From Octopus vulgaris (lineage: Eukaryota), in assembly GCA_951406725.2 (NCBI GenBank), contig OX597823.1, positions 23,932,001-23,996,000 of the forward strand: 64,000 bases of DNA, written 5' to 3'. The translations under genes and the position numbers were made by a program. Positions 40,201 to 53,616 of this stretch are shown here, piece by piece. Each line of letters opens with the position of its first letter. The stretch's first letter is position 1. The notes below the pieces were generated by a model, which was not told the DNA's origin, ran no database searches, and saw only the letters and a list, made by a program, of their open reading frames with translations.

Positions 40201-43200
40201 GGATTGTTGCATTTCGGCAGGTGTAAATCCTTTGTCATCGTAAATAACCTCGGGCCACAAGTTTTTCCACCTTGCTTTAATGGCGGCGGGCTTCATTTCT
40301 TGCAACACCTTCTGGATATTTTGGAGGCATGTAGCAATTGTGTACTGCTGCCAATATGCCGTCATGTTAAAATTTTCGTCTTCATCTTCTTGGGCGCATC
40401 CACAGAAGCAACCAGTTTCACCAGGACATTCCTCGTGTATAGGGCTTTGAACACCCTGATAACTCCCTGGTCCACTGGTTGAATAAGTGACGTAGTGTTG
40501 GGCAGCAGGTACTCAGTCTGAATGCCCTCATGCGACAGATCAGTAGTGTGGCCACCAGAATTATCCATAAGGAGAATTTCGAAAGGCAAGCCCTTCTCTA
40601 GTAGATACACCTTGACTTGCATGATAAAACACTGGTGGAACCAGTCGAAGGTCAGCATCTTCGTTATCCATGCCTTTGGATCGTGCATCCAATGTATGGG
40701 TAGCAGATTCTTGTTTTTGTTTTTTAAAGCCCTTGGGTTTTTAGACTTGTAATTAATTCCTGGCTTTAACAAAAATCCCGCAGCATTGCCACACATCACG
40801 AGGGTCACGTAATCCTTGTATACTTTAAAGCCAGAGGCTTTTGATTCATCTTTGAACAGGAAAGTTTGCGACAGCATTCTTTTCCAAAACAAGCTCATCT
40901 TGTCCATATTAAAAACTTGTTCAGGCTTATATCCACCTTCGGAGATAATCTTTTTGAAAGTTTCATTCACATATGTTTCAGTAGCGCTCTTGTCAGCAGA
41001 AGCAGCCTCACCATGCAGGGAAACACTTTTTAGGCCGAAGTGTTTCTGAAACTTAACAAACCACCCTTTGCTAGCAGAGAAAGGATGTTTTTTAGGTTAT
41101 GAATCACTGGACGTCCCTGGTTGCTGATCTTCTACATCGTCTTCATCTTCTTCGTGGTCACCACTGTCATCCTCAGATTCCTTAGCAGCGAAAGTCTTGT
41201 ACAGGCTCCTAGTCTTTGTTTGGATGATGTTCGTATCCAAGGCTATGTTCTTCTTTTGGCAGTCAGCTATCCATACGGCTAAAGCAGCTTCCATACGGAT
41301 GATAGTTTTATTACGAGCCATAACCACTCTCTTCTCTGACTTATTAAAAGTGATGGCAGACATCTTCCTAATGTTAGCCTCATCCTTCTTGATGTAGTGA
41401 ACGGTGGATTCATTCATGCTAAAATGGCAGGCTATGGCAGTGGAAGTTCTCCCTTCCTTCTACAAATCCAGAAGTTTCACCTTCTCAGCAATCGTCATCA
41501 TTCTTCGTTTGTGTTAAAACTCAGTACCAGCCTTGGAAGAAGCAGCATGCTTGGGAGCCATTGCAGGGGATGAAAATGCAAAGAAACAAAAAGAAATCAC
41601 ATACAGCGTAAAGTAGTGCAGTGAACCACTTGGCCGTGAGTACAGCAAACCAAATAGCCGTGAGAGAGAGACAAGGGAAGATGCTGCAGATCTGAGCATC
41701 GGTCAAAGCACCAATCCCAGGCCAGATTACAAAATAGGAAGCTGTGATTCGTCGTCTCTCTCCATTGCGTCAATCACAGCCCATCTTAAGTTCAAATACC
41801 CCTGTATATGCTTTTTTGATATTTTACGCTTGTTTTGTTGTTCCTAGGCTAGGAAATAATATTTATTATTAATATTTTAATGGATTTAATGAAAAATTTT
41901 AGGTGTTCATATATATATATTTTTAAAATCTGCGATAGTTGAACCGCAAAGTAGTGAGGGATCACTGTATCAGACAAGTATTACTCCAACAGAAAGCCTA
42001 ACAAGGAAAACAGACACCTTCAAAGAAATTTCATATTCCTAGTAACTAGCATAATTAAAAGAATCTTGAATTTGTCCTCAAATAGAGGCAATTTTAACAG
42101 CATATTTTTTCAGTACATTGCTGCAGGCAATGTTTTTTGTGGGGTCTGGGGACAGCAAACAGAAGCAGCATACCTCCATGCATGCATCCATTCATCCATC
42201 CACACATACAAACATACAATACAGTACAGTACAGTAGGTTAGAATTGACTTAAATGAGAAGTTAATATAAACAGTTTGCTCCAGTTCCAAAGTTGAAAGA
42301 GGTTAGAGAGATAATAACTTGAGTGAATCTTCCCTTCAATTTAATATCTCCATGAATGTAGCAAGAAAATTTTTATCTTGTGTTAGACAACATTTTTGAA
42401 GCACATGTAAATATCACAGATTTATGAATGTGGAAAGAGTTTAAGTTCATTACTGCTGTCTAGATAACATGACTTCCAGCATTGTATGTTACTATAGGAA
42501 AAGTATATATTTATCGAGCCTTTATCCCTGACACCCACCTGTAACTGTCAAATTCAACCCACCTCAACAACTGAGAGAATTATGCCTATCTAAATCAGCA
42601 CTTGATTGTTTTTGAATTAATTACATGGGACTTAAAGCCAATGACTTTAAGAAAAGCTTTAAGCAGCACTTATATTTCTTCAAGTTCATCTACAGGGTGA
42701 AGTTCACCTCCCCATCCTGTTTTATCTGGAGACGTTAGGAAAAGGAAAATGATCTATCCTGCATAACCTCGAGCTTACTCAACAAACTCACACCTTTACT
42801 AGTGCATGTATTTCTCTTGTAATTTTATTTTTCTATATAAAAATTAATGTTTATATGTGGAGTTATTACAACAATTTTATATTAAACTAAAGAATTACTC
42901 AATACTCCTTATAGAGTACATATCTATGATTCTATATTACATATATATTATTCATTAACATAAGTATTGTTGACAATGACTTTGAAGTTTCAACCTGCTT
43001 AGCCTTCATCCATAGGTTGAAATTTTGGAATCACTGTGAAAGAATCTTATATGTTATATGTGTGGTTCCATTCTCGGATTACACTGCCTCTGTCTTCAGG
43101 GTAGAATTTCCAATTTGAGGTGTTGACAGGATGGAGTTTAAAGATGGAATACTATTTTATATGCACAAACATGTACATTTTTTGTATTAAATGTATTTAA

Positions 43201-43250
43201 TTTTCTGTGTAAATCATCTTGCCTACCTTGCTTGCTCTTTACAGTTATTC

Positions 43251-43344
<94 letters not shown>

Positions 43345-43859
43345 GTTGATTCGTTAGCTACTGCACGCATTTTTTTTCTCTCCTTCTTTCTGTGTTTTTT
43401 TTTTCTCTCTGTGTATCTTTCTGTTGAAGAGCGTAGGCTCAAAACGTTAAAGACTTGTTTTATTTATATTTTCTGAGCGCCATACTAATACAATTGTTCG
43501 TTTGTTTTCCACCTGCCTTCGTCTTTTGTCTATTTTCATAAAGCTTCCCGTTATATATATATATATATAAAATTAGAAAAAAACACCTTTTATCAACTCA
43601 AAATGAACAATTAAATTACACCATCTAGAAAATTACATATAATAGAAATATTAAAATTAAAATAACAATAAAATGTCAATGATTAAGTAAATTGCGAAAA
43701 AATAATAATTACGTATATAATTTCTAGAATAACGACATGTATTTCGTGGCTATATTTAAGAAATGATTATAGTAGTAGAGAAATCACTTCGATATAAATA
43801 TAGTCACTCATCAGGTTAAAAATGAACTAGAACAATAAAATAATTAATTAATAAATATA

Positions 43860-43912
<53 letters not shown>

Positions 43913-46900
43913 ATACTAAATATACATAGGTGAAAACTAAAACAATACTTAAATTATTAAATACTTTAAAATTAAATATAATACACAAAGCTAGTACAAG
44001 TCATTAAATTGTAATCAAAATAAGAAATGGTTCAATCATCATCATCATCATCGTTTAACGTCCGCTTTCCATGCTAGCATGGGTTGGACGGTTCAACTGG
44101 GATCTGGGAAGCCTGAAGGCTGCACCAGGCCAGTCAGATCTGGCAGTGTTTCTACAGCTGGATGCCCTTCCTAACGCCAACCACTCTGTGAGTGTAGTGG
44201 GTGCTTTTTATGTGCCACCAACACAAGTGCCAGACGAGGCTGGCGAACGGCCACGCTCGGATGGTATTTTTTACGTGTCACCGGCACGGCGGCCAGGCGA
44301 GGCTGGCACGGCCACGATCAGATGGTGTTTGTTACGTGCCATCAGCACAGAGGCCAGTCGATGCGGTACTGGCTACGGCCATGTTTGGATGGTTTTATGT
44401 GCCACCGGTACTGGTACCACAAAACTACAAATTCCATTGATGTTGATCGAATTCGATTTTGATTTGATTCTTTGATTTTTGATTTTCACTTGCCTCAACA
44501 GGTCTTCACAAGTAGAGTTATGTATCCCAAGAAGGAAGGTATGCACAGGTGGACTGACCACGTCCCATGTAGGGGCCATGGGTTATGGCCTCACTTGTCC
44601 TGCCGGGTCTTCTCATGCACAGCATACTTCCAAAGGTCTCGGTCTCTGGTCATTTCCTCGGTGAGACCTAAAGAGCAAAGGTCGTTCTTCACCACCTCGT
44701 CCCAGGTTTTCCTGGGTCTACCTCTTCCACAGGTTCCCTCAACCACTAGGGTGTGGCACTTTTTCACTCAACTATCTTCATCCATTCTTACTACGTGTCC
44801 ATACCAGCATAGATGCCTCTCTTGCACACCACATCTGATGCTTCTTAGGTCCAACTTTTCTCTCAAGGCACTTACACTCTGTCGGGTATGAACACTGACA
44901 TTACACATCCAACGGAGCATACTGGCTTCATTTCTTGCGAGCTTACACATATCCTCAGCAGTCACGGCCCATGTTTCACTGCTATGTAGCATGGCTGTTC
45001 GCACACATGCGTCATACAGTCTGCCTTTTACTCTGAGCGAGAGGCCTTTTGTCACCAGCAGAGGTAAGAGCTCTCTGAACTTTGCAAATATAGACAAACT
45101 CCTTAAGTAAGCTAACCATATAATAAATATACATATGTAGTATCTATAGATTTAATATAAGAATCTATAACAAAGTTGACTAAATATCAAATAATATAAT
45201 ACCTAATTAACTTAAAATTTAATATTACAAATAAATAAGCCACCTAATCATTAAATGATATATTGTCTGACAAAATTAATTCTTAAATTAAATTAAATGT
45301 AATTCGTTAGAGACCTTTATATATAAATATATATATATATTTAAAAAAGAAAAAATATAGGAATTAATATCTATTGTAACTTATATCTATCAATATATAT
45401 AAAAAGATATAATAGTGAGAATAATATGTTAATGGAAAGTAAGAAAACCTATCAACCCCAAAATTAAAGAAAGGTGCAAAAATGTTAGAACCAAAAAACA
45501 ATACGAAGACACCCAACTAAAACTAACAGGCACCTATTAATATATCAATAACAAAATTAACCACAGCTAAACATTAATCCCAAAATAATACAAAATCCAA
45601 ACGAAAAGGAGAAAAGAACATCGCTAAGTTAGTTGAGAAGATATCGCTAGATTATAAAAGTAAATAATAGTTCTTAGCATCTATAAGAAATAAAACTTGT
45701 GGAGATGTTGCATGGAAAAATAGAATAAAACTATAAATGAAAAAGGCTAAAAGGAATTTATTAATGAAATACGGGAATAATCTAAACTTCATGAATCAAA
45801 TAAAATGAAATAAAAATAGTAAAAATAGTATATTAAGTATTACTTGTTCAACAACACTACCCGGACCCTACAACAAGCCGTACACGATTATAAATATTAT
45901 TATCATTAATATTATACTTATCAACATAATTATTAACATAGCCCTTATTACATCGTCTTCCTTTATATTGATGTAATCAATCATCATTGCCTCTGATTTT
46001 ATATCTGCAGTGGTAAAGAAGTCAGTTGGATTGCTGACTTGAAAGTGTCCTAGGGGTGGACTGAAAATACTTTTCAATTACTCATTTAGTATTTCACTTA
46101 TCCCCATTGGATTTGCTGTGAGTGTACCATCTTTTTTGAGTAGTGGCCCTATCCTGCAGTGCACCAAAGCTGTTTCTATGGCAAACTTGTAGAAAGCTGT
46201 GGGGTTAGATTTTATATTGTCTATAGCCCAGGCTTGTTTGTCTGATCTTTCTTTTTCATGGGAGAGTTGCAGACTTTTTTCAATTTCCAGCAGTTTTATT
46301 ATGTATATATGTCAGTAGGCCTGCTGCTTCTGGAAAGGTAGGTCCATGGTGTCCAATAGCATTGTAGAGTGCTGGACTGAATGACTACTTAAATTGTTTG
46401 TGATCTGCTTTGGTCTAGATATCCAAGTGGAGAAGAAATGGAATGAGATGATAAACAAGGTGGCCAGAAATGAGCTGAGACAAAACCAAGCCTGAAAGGC
46501 CAGGCAGAAGTGGCACACATTACCTTTATCATATACTACCACTTGGCTGTCATGTCTGGATGGAATGGAACATCTATTCATCTGCTTTTTGTGGAACTGA
46601 TGTGTTTCACTAGTCCAGTGCTCCATTTCATATCAACACCCATTGAATGGAGGAATGAGCATGCCATGGATGATGATGCACAGACATGCTCTTATGCTAC
46701 AATATCTCCAGCAATTTCTTGTCACTGTTTGTCTGATGTGCATTTTCACTGTTTATCTCTTTGATAGAGCTACTGTTTTACATCAAGCAAATACAGACAG
46801 GGTGCTTGGGTCTGAAATGATGTCAAGCACTTACAATTCACTTCCAGTTGAGGAATGTGGTTACTGGAAGTTTCAGATTAACATTCTTTAATAGATTGTG

Positions 46901-47629
46901 GAGGGCAAGAATGACTACATTCTCAAGAAATCTCTGGGTTTGAAGAAAAACTGGTTGGTCCATTCTAGAGGACTTTCAGTCTGGGGTTCCATGGATAATT
47001 TCCTGAAAACTCTGGTCTGGCAGTGCTGCCTGGGAAAAATTGTCAGTTTAAGATGCATGCCAAGTGATAGAACTGTTCTGCATGTATTTGTCCTGTACTT
47101 GTGCATTGCTGAATTGTGGAGTTAAAATTTGAACTCTAGTTGTCATATGTAGCACAGATCAAGCTGCCATCTGAGTTCGTTGCAAAGACTATCCCACCAT
47201 TTTCCCTTTGCTGGGAAGGTCAGGTAGCCTTTATCTGTCCAGTGGCTTTAGCAAAGTAGACTGAAAGGGCTGAAGATAGATGCCTTTCTCTGTGATCAAG
47301 TTTCCTCTCAGGAAACTTGTTGAAAAGTAGAAGAAAGTGGAGAGTGTTGTCCAAGTGAAAAGGTCTCTGCTGCACACACATCTTTAAATTGGCGGGCTAC
47401 TGGAATAGGGCACTTACCTTAGTGGTTCGGATGACATTGCTTTTGTAGAGTTTTCATCTGTAACCATTAAAGGTCTGTCCTCATTTAGGGAATTATTATT
47501 TGAATTTTTTGTTTTTTGTTTTTGTAATTTTACACTTTACATACTCTTTTGTGTAATTCCACATTGTATCATTCTGTACCAACCCTACCTTTTGTCAAAC
47601 CTTAAAAGTAAATAAACATTTATTATTTT

Positions 47630-47668
<39 letters not shown>

Positions 47669-48615
47669 ATTATATGCTTAAAGCATTAGAAGTATCATGT
47701 TCTAGAAAGTATGAATAAAATTTTCGAAAGCCATTTAATTCAATATTTGTATATGGACAATTTATTTTAAAATTAAAATCCATTCACAATAATATTATTG
47801 GAAGTAAGATACCCTGCTCAAAATTAAAGTAAATTCTAGTACATAGTAAGATCTAGCGGAACCTCATCTCAATCATTAGGTTGTAGATAATCCATTTTTA
47901 CACCCACCCTCCGGTGGTGTACTTAAGATTAAATGACCATGAACTCTTCACACTCTGGTTGACCTTCTTTTGAACACTATTTAGAGCCTACAAATGCACA
48001 ACAATTTGTAGAATTCTGTACAAATTAAATTATATGCAACTTAAATTTTGAAACAAGTTTTCAAATTGGTCTCAAGATATGCTGCAGCCCATATGAATCT
48101 TGACTAAGTTGTCATTTTGTGGATCAATTATTTGTTTATAACAATTTATCCATTTAAAACAAATTATGCACCAGATATTTAACAGGTGTATCTATGAGTA
48201 TGCAATGTATATCTTGTTTCCTTTCTGTCTTTTCTAGCCAATGATCCCATATTTTCATTTAAAAGATGTTCCATAAAAGGGCAAGATGTTTTTGAACGAC
48301 TGAATAATGTAACCTTAAAGGAATGTGAACAAGCCTGTCGTAATACTCCAGAATGTCACTCTTTTGAGTACCAGGAACAATACAATTTCTGTGATCGAAG
48401 TAATGCGACTCACTTGACTCATCAACTTCAACCCAGTGCATGGGGCTGGAATCTTTACATCATTAACCCAGGTTAGCAGAGTGTTACATTTTATTTCATG
48501 TGTGTGTGTTCACATGTATATTTGCATGTGAGTTTGCATTTGTGTGTTTTTATGCATTTTGAAATATGTACATGAATGAGCATAATGTCTGTCTGTCAGT
48601 CGGTCTGTCTATCTA

Positions 48616-48705
<90 letters not shown>

Positions 48706-49058
48706 CAAAATAAGCAACAAGAATAACTTCGTAATTTGGTACGATCGTTTCATGCTACATCATTTTATTAAATGTTGTAAGTATTACAACAGTTTTAAAA
48801 TGCTGAGCACTCATCAGCCATTAATAGAGGTTTTCCATTAATACATAATTTTCATATCAATTGATAACATTATAGAGAAGGTAGATATATAGACAAAGAT
48901 GTGGATTTAAATTTTAAGAACATTTAAGGTAGTGGAGTTTATCAACTGACAGAAGAATATTCAGTTGTTTTCAACTGCTAGAAGGTTTTGAGAAGAATGA
49001 CCAATTGAAAGGTGACAAGAAAGATTTTCTATTTATAGAAATAGGGGTGCAAATGTAC

Positions 49059-49103
<45 letters not shown>

Positions 49104-52100
49104 CATACATATGTACCCAGTGTAAGCTATGGACACATAAGAGGTGCAGCAATATCAAAGGATGGCTAACTGGGAAGATAGTTTTTGTATGTGGCAGATG
49201 CTCAGGAGCAATAAACACTGAAAATGTGCATATGGATGATGTGCATATGTATGTGTGCATATGGATGATTGGTGAACATGACTATGTACATTCCTGTATT
49301 TATATGTGAACATATGAATGTGCACATTTTTGTCTGGAAGAACATGTATGCTTGTATGTGTTTTCATCTGATGTGCGAGTGTGTGTAGATATATAATCAT
49401 GCTTTTGATATTTATAGAAGTGAGCATGACTACTGTATGCTAGTGTGTTTGCAACAGGATTGCTGCGAGGGGGCCTTTTGCATTGAATTATGGTTGCGTA
49501 GTGTTAGGGAGAGAAAGAAAAAAGAAGAAAAGCATACTTACATAGATGTGTATGTGTGCACCATATATATGGAGACAAACATAGGAGATTACAAGGGCTG
49601 CAACTAGTTGGAAGGTCAGTTTAGAGTCTGCATTGGCATTAGTGGTTAGGAACCCTGTCCTTGGTTGTGGAACAACCAGTTTTGAGGTTAAAAGCCAGGA
49701 TAGAAACCATGTTGTCTAGAAGCCATGTTAGGTGCCCTGATATCTAAGCAGAGATAGCTCATAGAAGCTTGGACCATCCTCTCTCACTGTAATGAGAATC
49801 CTAGTTTATTTTGTATTTATGTGTGAGTGATATGCCTAAATATTTATTTTTAGTGAGCTCTGCCAATTAATCTTAACTCACTGATTTTATGCACTTTTAC
49901 TTATAGGCCTAGCAAGAATATGTTGAGGAAAACTTGCTGTTGCCCAAATATATGAAGGTCAGCTGAAAAATTCATAGAATGACTAAGATACTCTTATGGA
50001 ATGTGATCAAATGAGGATTTTTCTTCCTTCTGTGTTGCAGTGATTGGATCTCATTGCTGAAGAAGCTTTCAGCTTGTTGGTCAAAAAAGTCATCAAGAGC
50101 AGATATGATGTCATCATCACTGTGATACTGGTTCTCAGCCAAGTGTCTTTCCTGTTGGAGAACAGATGGTAGTTAAATGGGGCCAAATCAAGAGAACAGG
50201 AATGGTGATCAACTAGTTCGAAGCCACAGTCATGCACAACAGCCATTGAAACCAAGGACTTGTATACTAGAGCATTGTCCTGATGAAACAAGACCCCTAT
50301 CGTCAGTTTTCCTGAGCATCTGATCATGATAATTTTTCATAACTGACTCAATAAGTTAGCATCTATTGATGGTTTGTTCCTTTTGAAGATAGTCAGTAAA
50401 CACAAAGTCTTTTGTATTCCAAAAAGCTGCTGCCATCACCTTCCCTGAAGATGGAATTACCGTAGCTTGCTTTGGAGCAGGTGAGAAGGGCTGTACCCAC
50501 TGCATGGATTATCTCTTGCTCAAAATGATGATGCCAACACTAATTATGGATTAAGGAGACCAAATAGATCTGCCTCAAACAATGTCAGATTTTACCATGT
50601 TGTGATCAGCTTGGAGTGTTTTTGATCAGGTGTCAGATGACATGGCACCCACCAAGCAGAAACCTTCATCATGCCAAGTTCATTGTGCAGAATATTCTCA
50701 ACTCTCTTATTCCATACAACTTTCCAAAGACATGTTTTGAATTAATATGTGTAGAAGAAGTTGTTTTTAGCCATGGTGTTGACTATTTTCAATTTAGTTT
50801 TTGGATTTAGAATTCTTATAAAGTATTCATCATATGCATTTCATAGTTGATCATTTTCCTGTTTATTTTCTAAAAAGGAAATATTTTAAATTTTCCATTT
50901 GCACAGATCTCTAGGTGTTTATTCTATAGAACATTTCTAAGAAACGAATCTTTAATTTGCTGTTTGTCCATGCTTATGTGACTACTTATTTTTGTATCTG
51001 TTCCCCCAATTAATTCTCTTTGCTCTTGGTGTGTGATGCAATATATGAGATTTTTTGTTTTACAATTCATGTTTGCATTCACTTTCACTTCCTTTCCATT
51101 CTTGAATCTTTTGATTGTTCCTTGCTCAGTTAATTCACTTGTCCCACAACAAGGTTCTCCACAGTTTTTTACCTGTATTATTTCTATCTCTGATATGAAT
51201 CTCACCTATATTAGGAGTCTCTTTAAATTTAGTGGTTGTCTTTGGCTGCTGATGATTTGTGATTTTTAATTATTTGTTAGAGATTTTATGATTGATGTAG
51301 AACTGGGAGATATTGTTTGGCTGAATGTAGGATGTTGTGGTTCCTAGGATTCTGTCACTACATTTGGAATATCTATATTTGTATTTTTGTTTTCACCCTC
51401 AGTATGTGTGTTTCTCTGTAAATGGCATGATTTATAAAGTTTTGAGAATTTTCTGCTTTTGAAGAAACATATTTAGTTCTACTTGTTGTTTCTGTTCAAT
51501 GTTGGCATTTTTAACTAATGAGCATATACATCTTGCCATATTGAATGGTATGTTACTTTTTATATGGAAGGGTGTCAAGATCTCAAATTTAAATATTGGT
51601 GTGTGTCGTTGCAGCAGAAATTGTTTGTAACTGTCACATTTTCTTTAATTATTAGACTACCCCGAAAATGGCAGTCTAATAATTAAAGAATCATCCAAGA
51701 ATCTTTTCCAGTTCCCTATTAGCTAGGAGAAAAGCAGAAGGGAAAGTGTTTGCCAATATTCTACTGCACAACAATGAAATGTTCAGGATTGTAAGACAGA
51801 GTATCAGAGAGAATCAGGAATTTGTGAGTGCTTGCAGATAGATAATAGTACATATGCACTTAGTGATGCTGGAAAATAAGAAACACGGAAGTGCTGGTAT
51901 GAAAGGCAACTAAATGTGGAGAATGCATAAGAAAAAGAGGGTGTGCCAAACATGCCAATAGTGGACCAGCTATCCCAGTTGACAGTTGTTTGATAGATAA
52001 AGCAGTTAAAGATATGATAGTAATGCAATCAGGAATCTCTGTTAAGATGCTTAAAATATCTAATAGAGTAGGATAGCCACCAGTCTAGTTAATCAGGTTG

Positions 52101-53566
52101 TACAAGAAGGTATAATACTGAATAACTGGCATTATAATCAACACTTACAAGGACAAAGAAGACACCTGAGAAAGAAATAATTACAGATATATCAAATTCA
52201 CCAGGTTATGGAAGTTAGAGAAAGAGTTATAGTGCTGTTAATTAGGAAAAGAATTATGTTAGAGAAGATTCAGTTTGGTTTTCTGCCTGGGAGAAGTACT
52301 GCTGGTGCACACTTTCTAGTAAGACATATACAAGAGAAGCGTTTAGCCAAAAGAATTCCATTGTATTTGGCATTTAATAATCTGGAGAAATCCATTGACA
52401 TAGTACCTCACTATGTGATTTGGGGGTCTCTCAGGAAGCTAGCTATTAATGAATAACTATTGAAAGTCATTTAAGCCATGTACAAGAGTACTGTCAGTAA
52501 GTTGAGAGTACAACAATGAAATTAGTGTGCCAGCAGGAATTCACCAGACTTCTGTTCTTAGTATTGTTCTAGTTGTCACAGTCCTCTAAGTTGTAATGGA
52601 AGAATTTAAGACAGATTGTGCTTGGGAACTACAATTTGTTATTGACCTTATTCTTAATGCAGACTCTAAAATAGAATTAGAAGTGAAATTCCACATGTGG
52701 AAGCAACATTTGCAAACAAAGGGCCATAAAAGTTAACTAAAGTTGTAATTAGTAGGAAATCAGACAGTTAAATAGAATTATGCTTCTCATGGTAATGAGA
52801 AAAGTATACTAAATGCAGAGGACATGTGAAGATTGGAATAGAATGAAGCTAGTATACTTCAATGGATGTTTAACAGGAATCATATGTCGTGCAAAAGAGA
52901 GAAAACTGTGCTGAAATGGCCATGTGATACATATGGATGAGAACAGTTGTATAAAGGTGTTAAATGAGTATGTCATGAAAGAGGAAAGCCCAGGAAGACA
53001 AGAAACAAAGTATTGAAGACTGATGAGCTTCACAGAGGACACAGATGACTATCAATTTGCCATGCTACTGATTAGGTCCCTTAGGTAGTAGAAATTATTA
53101 ACTAACTCTAAATAGTCTCTGGAGCAATTGAGAAAATCAATTTCCTGAGTAGCTAGTTTTTTTTTTTGTTCTTATGTATCTTCCACATATGAACACTATT
53201 TTCTCTGTTAACCTTTGTATTGTTCCACTGCACCTGTTGATTGTCCAAAGCTTGCACTGGGTGTGCTGTATGGGATGCCTGTCTACACCTTATTTATATA
53301 TTGAGCAGGGCCTTTTACCTGAAGTGAGTCCTGTCTGTTTTCTTGCTTACTAAAATCTTAGTCTTTACTAAGTTAACATTAAGGCACTTAGATTCCAGGT
53401 TTTGCTTTCATACCTGGAATTTCTTTTCTAGTTCTGATATAGAATCTGCTATGAGAGCAAGGTCATCAGCATAAATGCTCCCATGGGTAGTCATTCTTGA
53501 ATTCTTAATAACTAGAATAAGAATAGGAAGGAGAAACTTCAGAGAGATCTTACCTCTTTTGGTAAA

Positions 53567-53616
<50 letters not shown>

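Noticed and set aside
39690-41561. Domesticated TIGD-like host gene
   Set aside because: TIRs and TSD are intact, and the ORF has multiple frameshifts and stops; it is an ordinary dead transposon.
43060-43105. Minus-strand CTGAAGA...GAACC as a hammerhead
   Set aside because: No GAAA box and no convincing stems.
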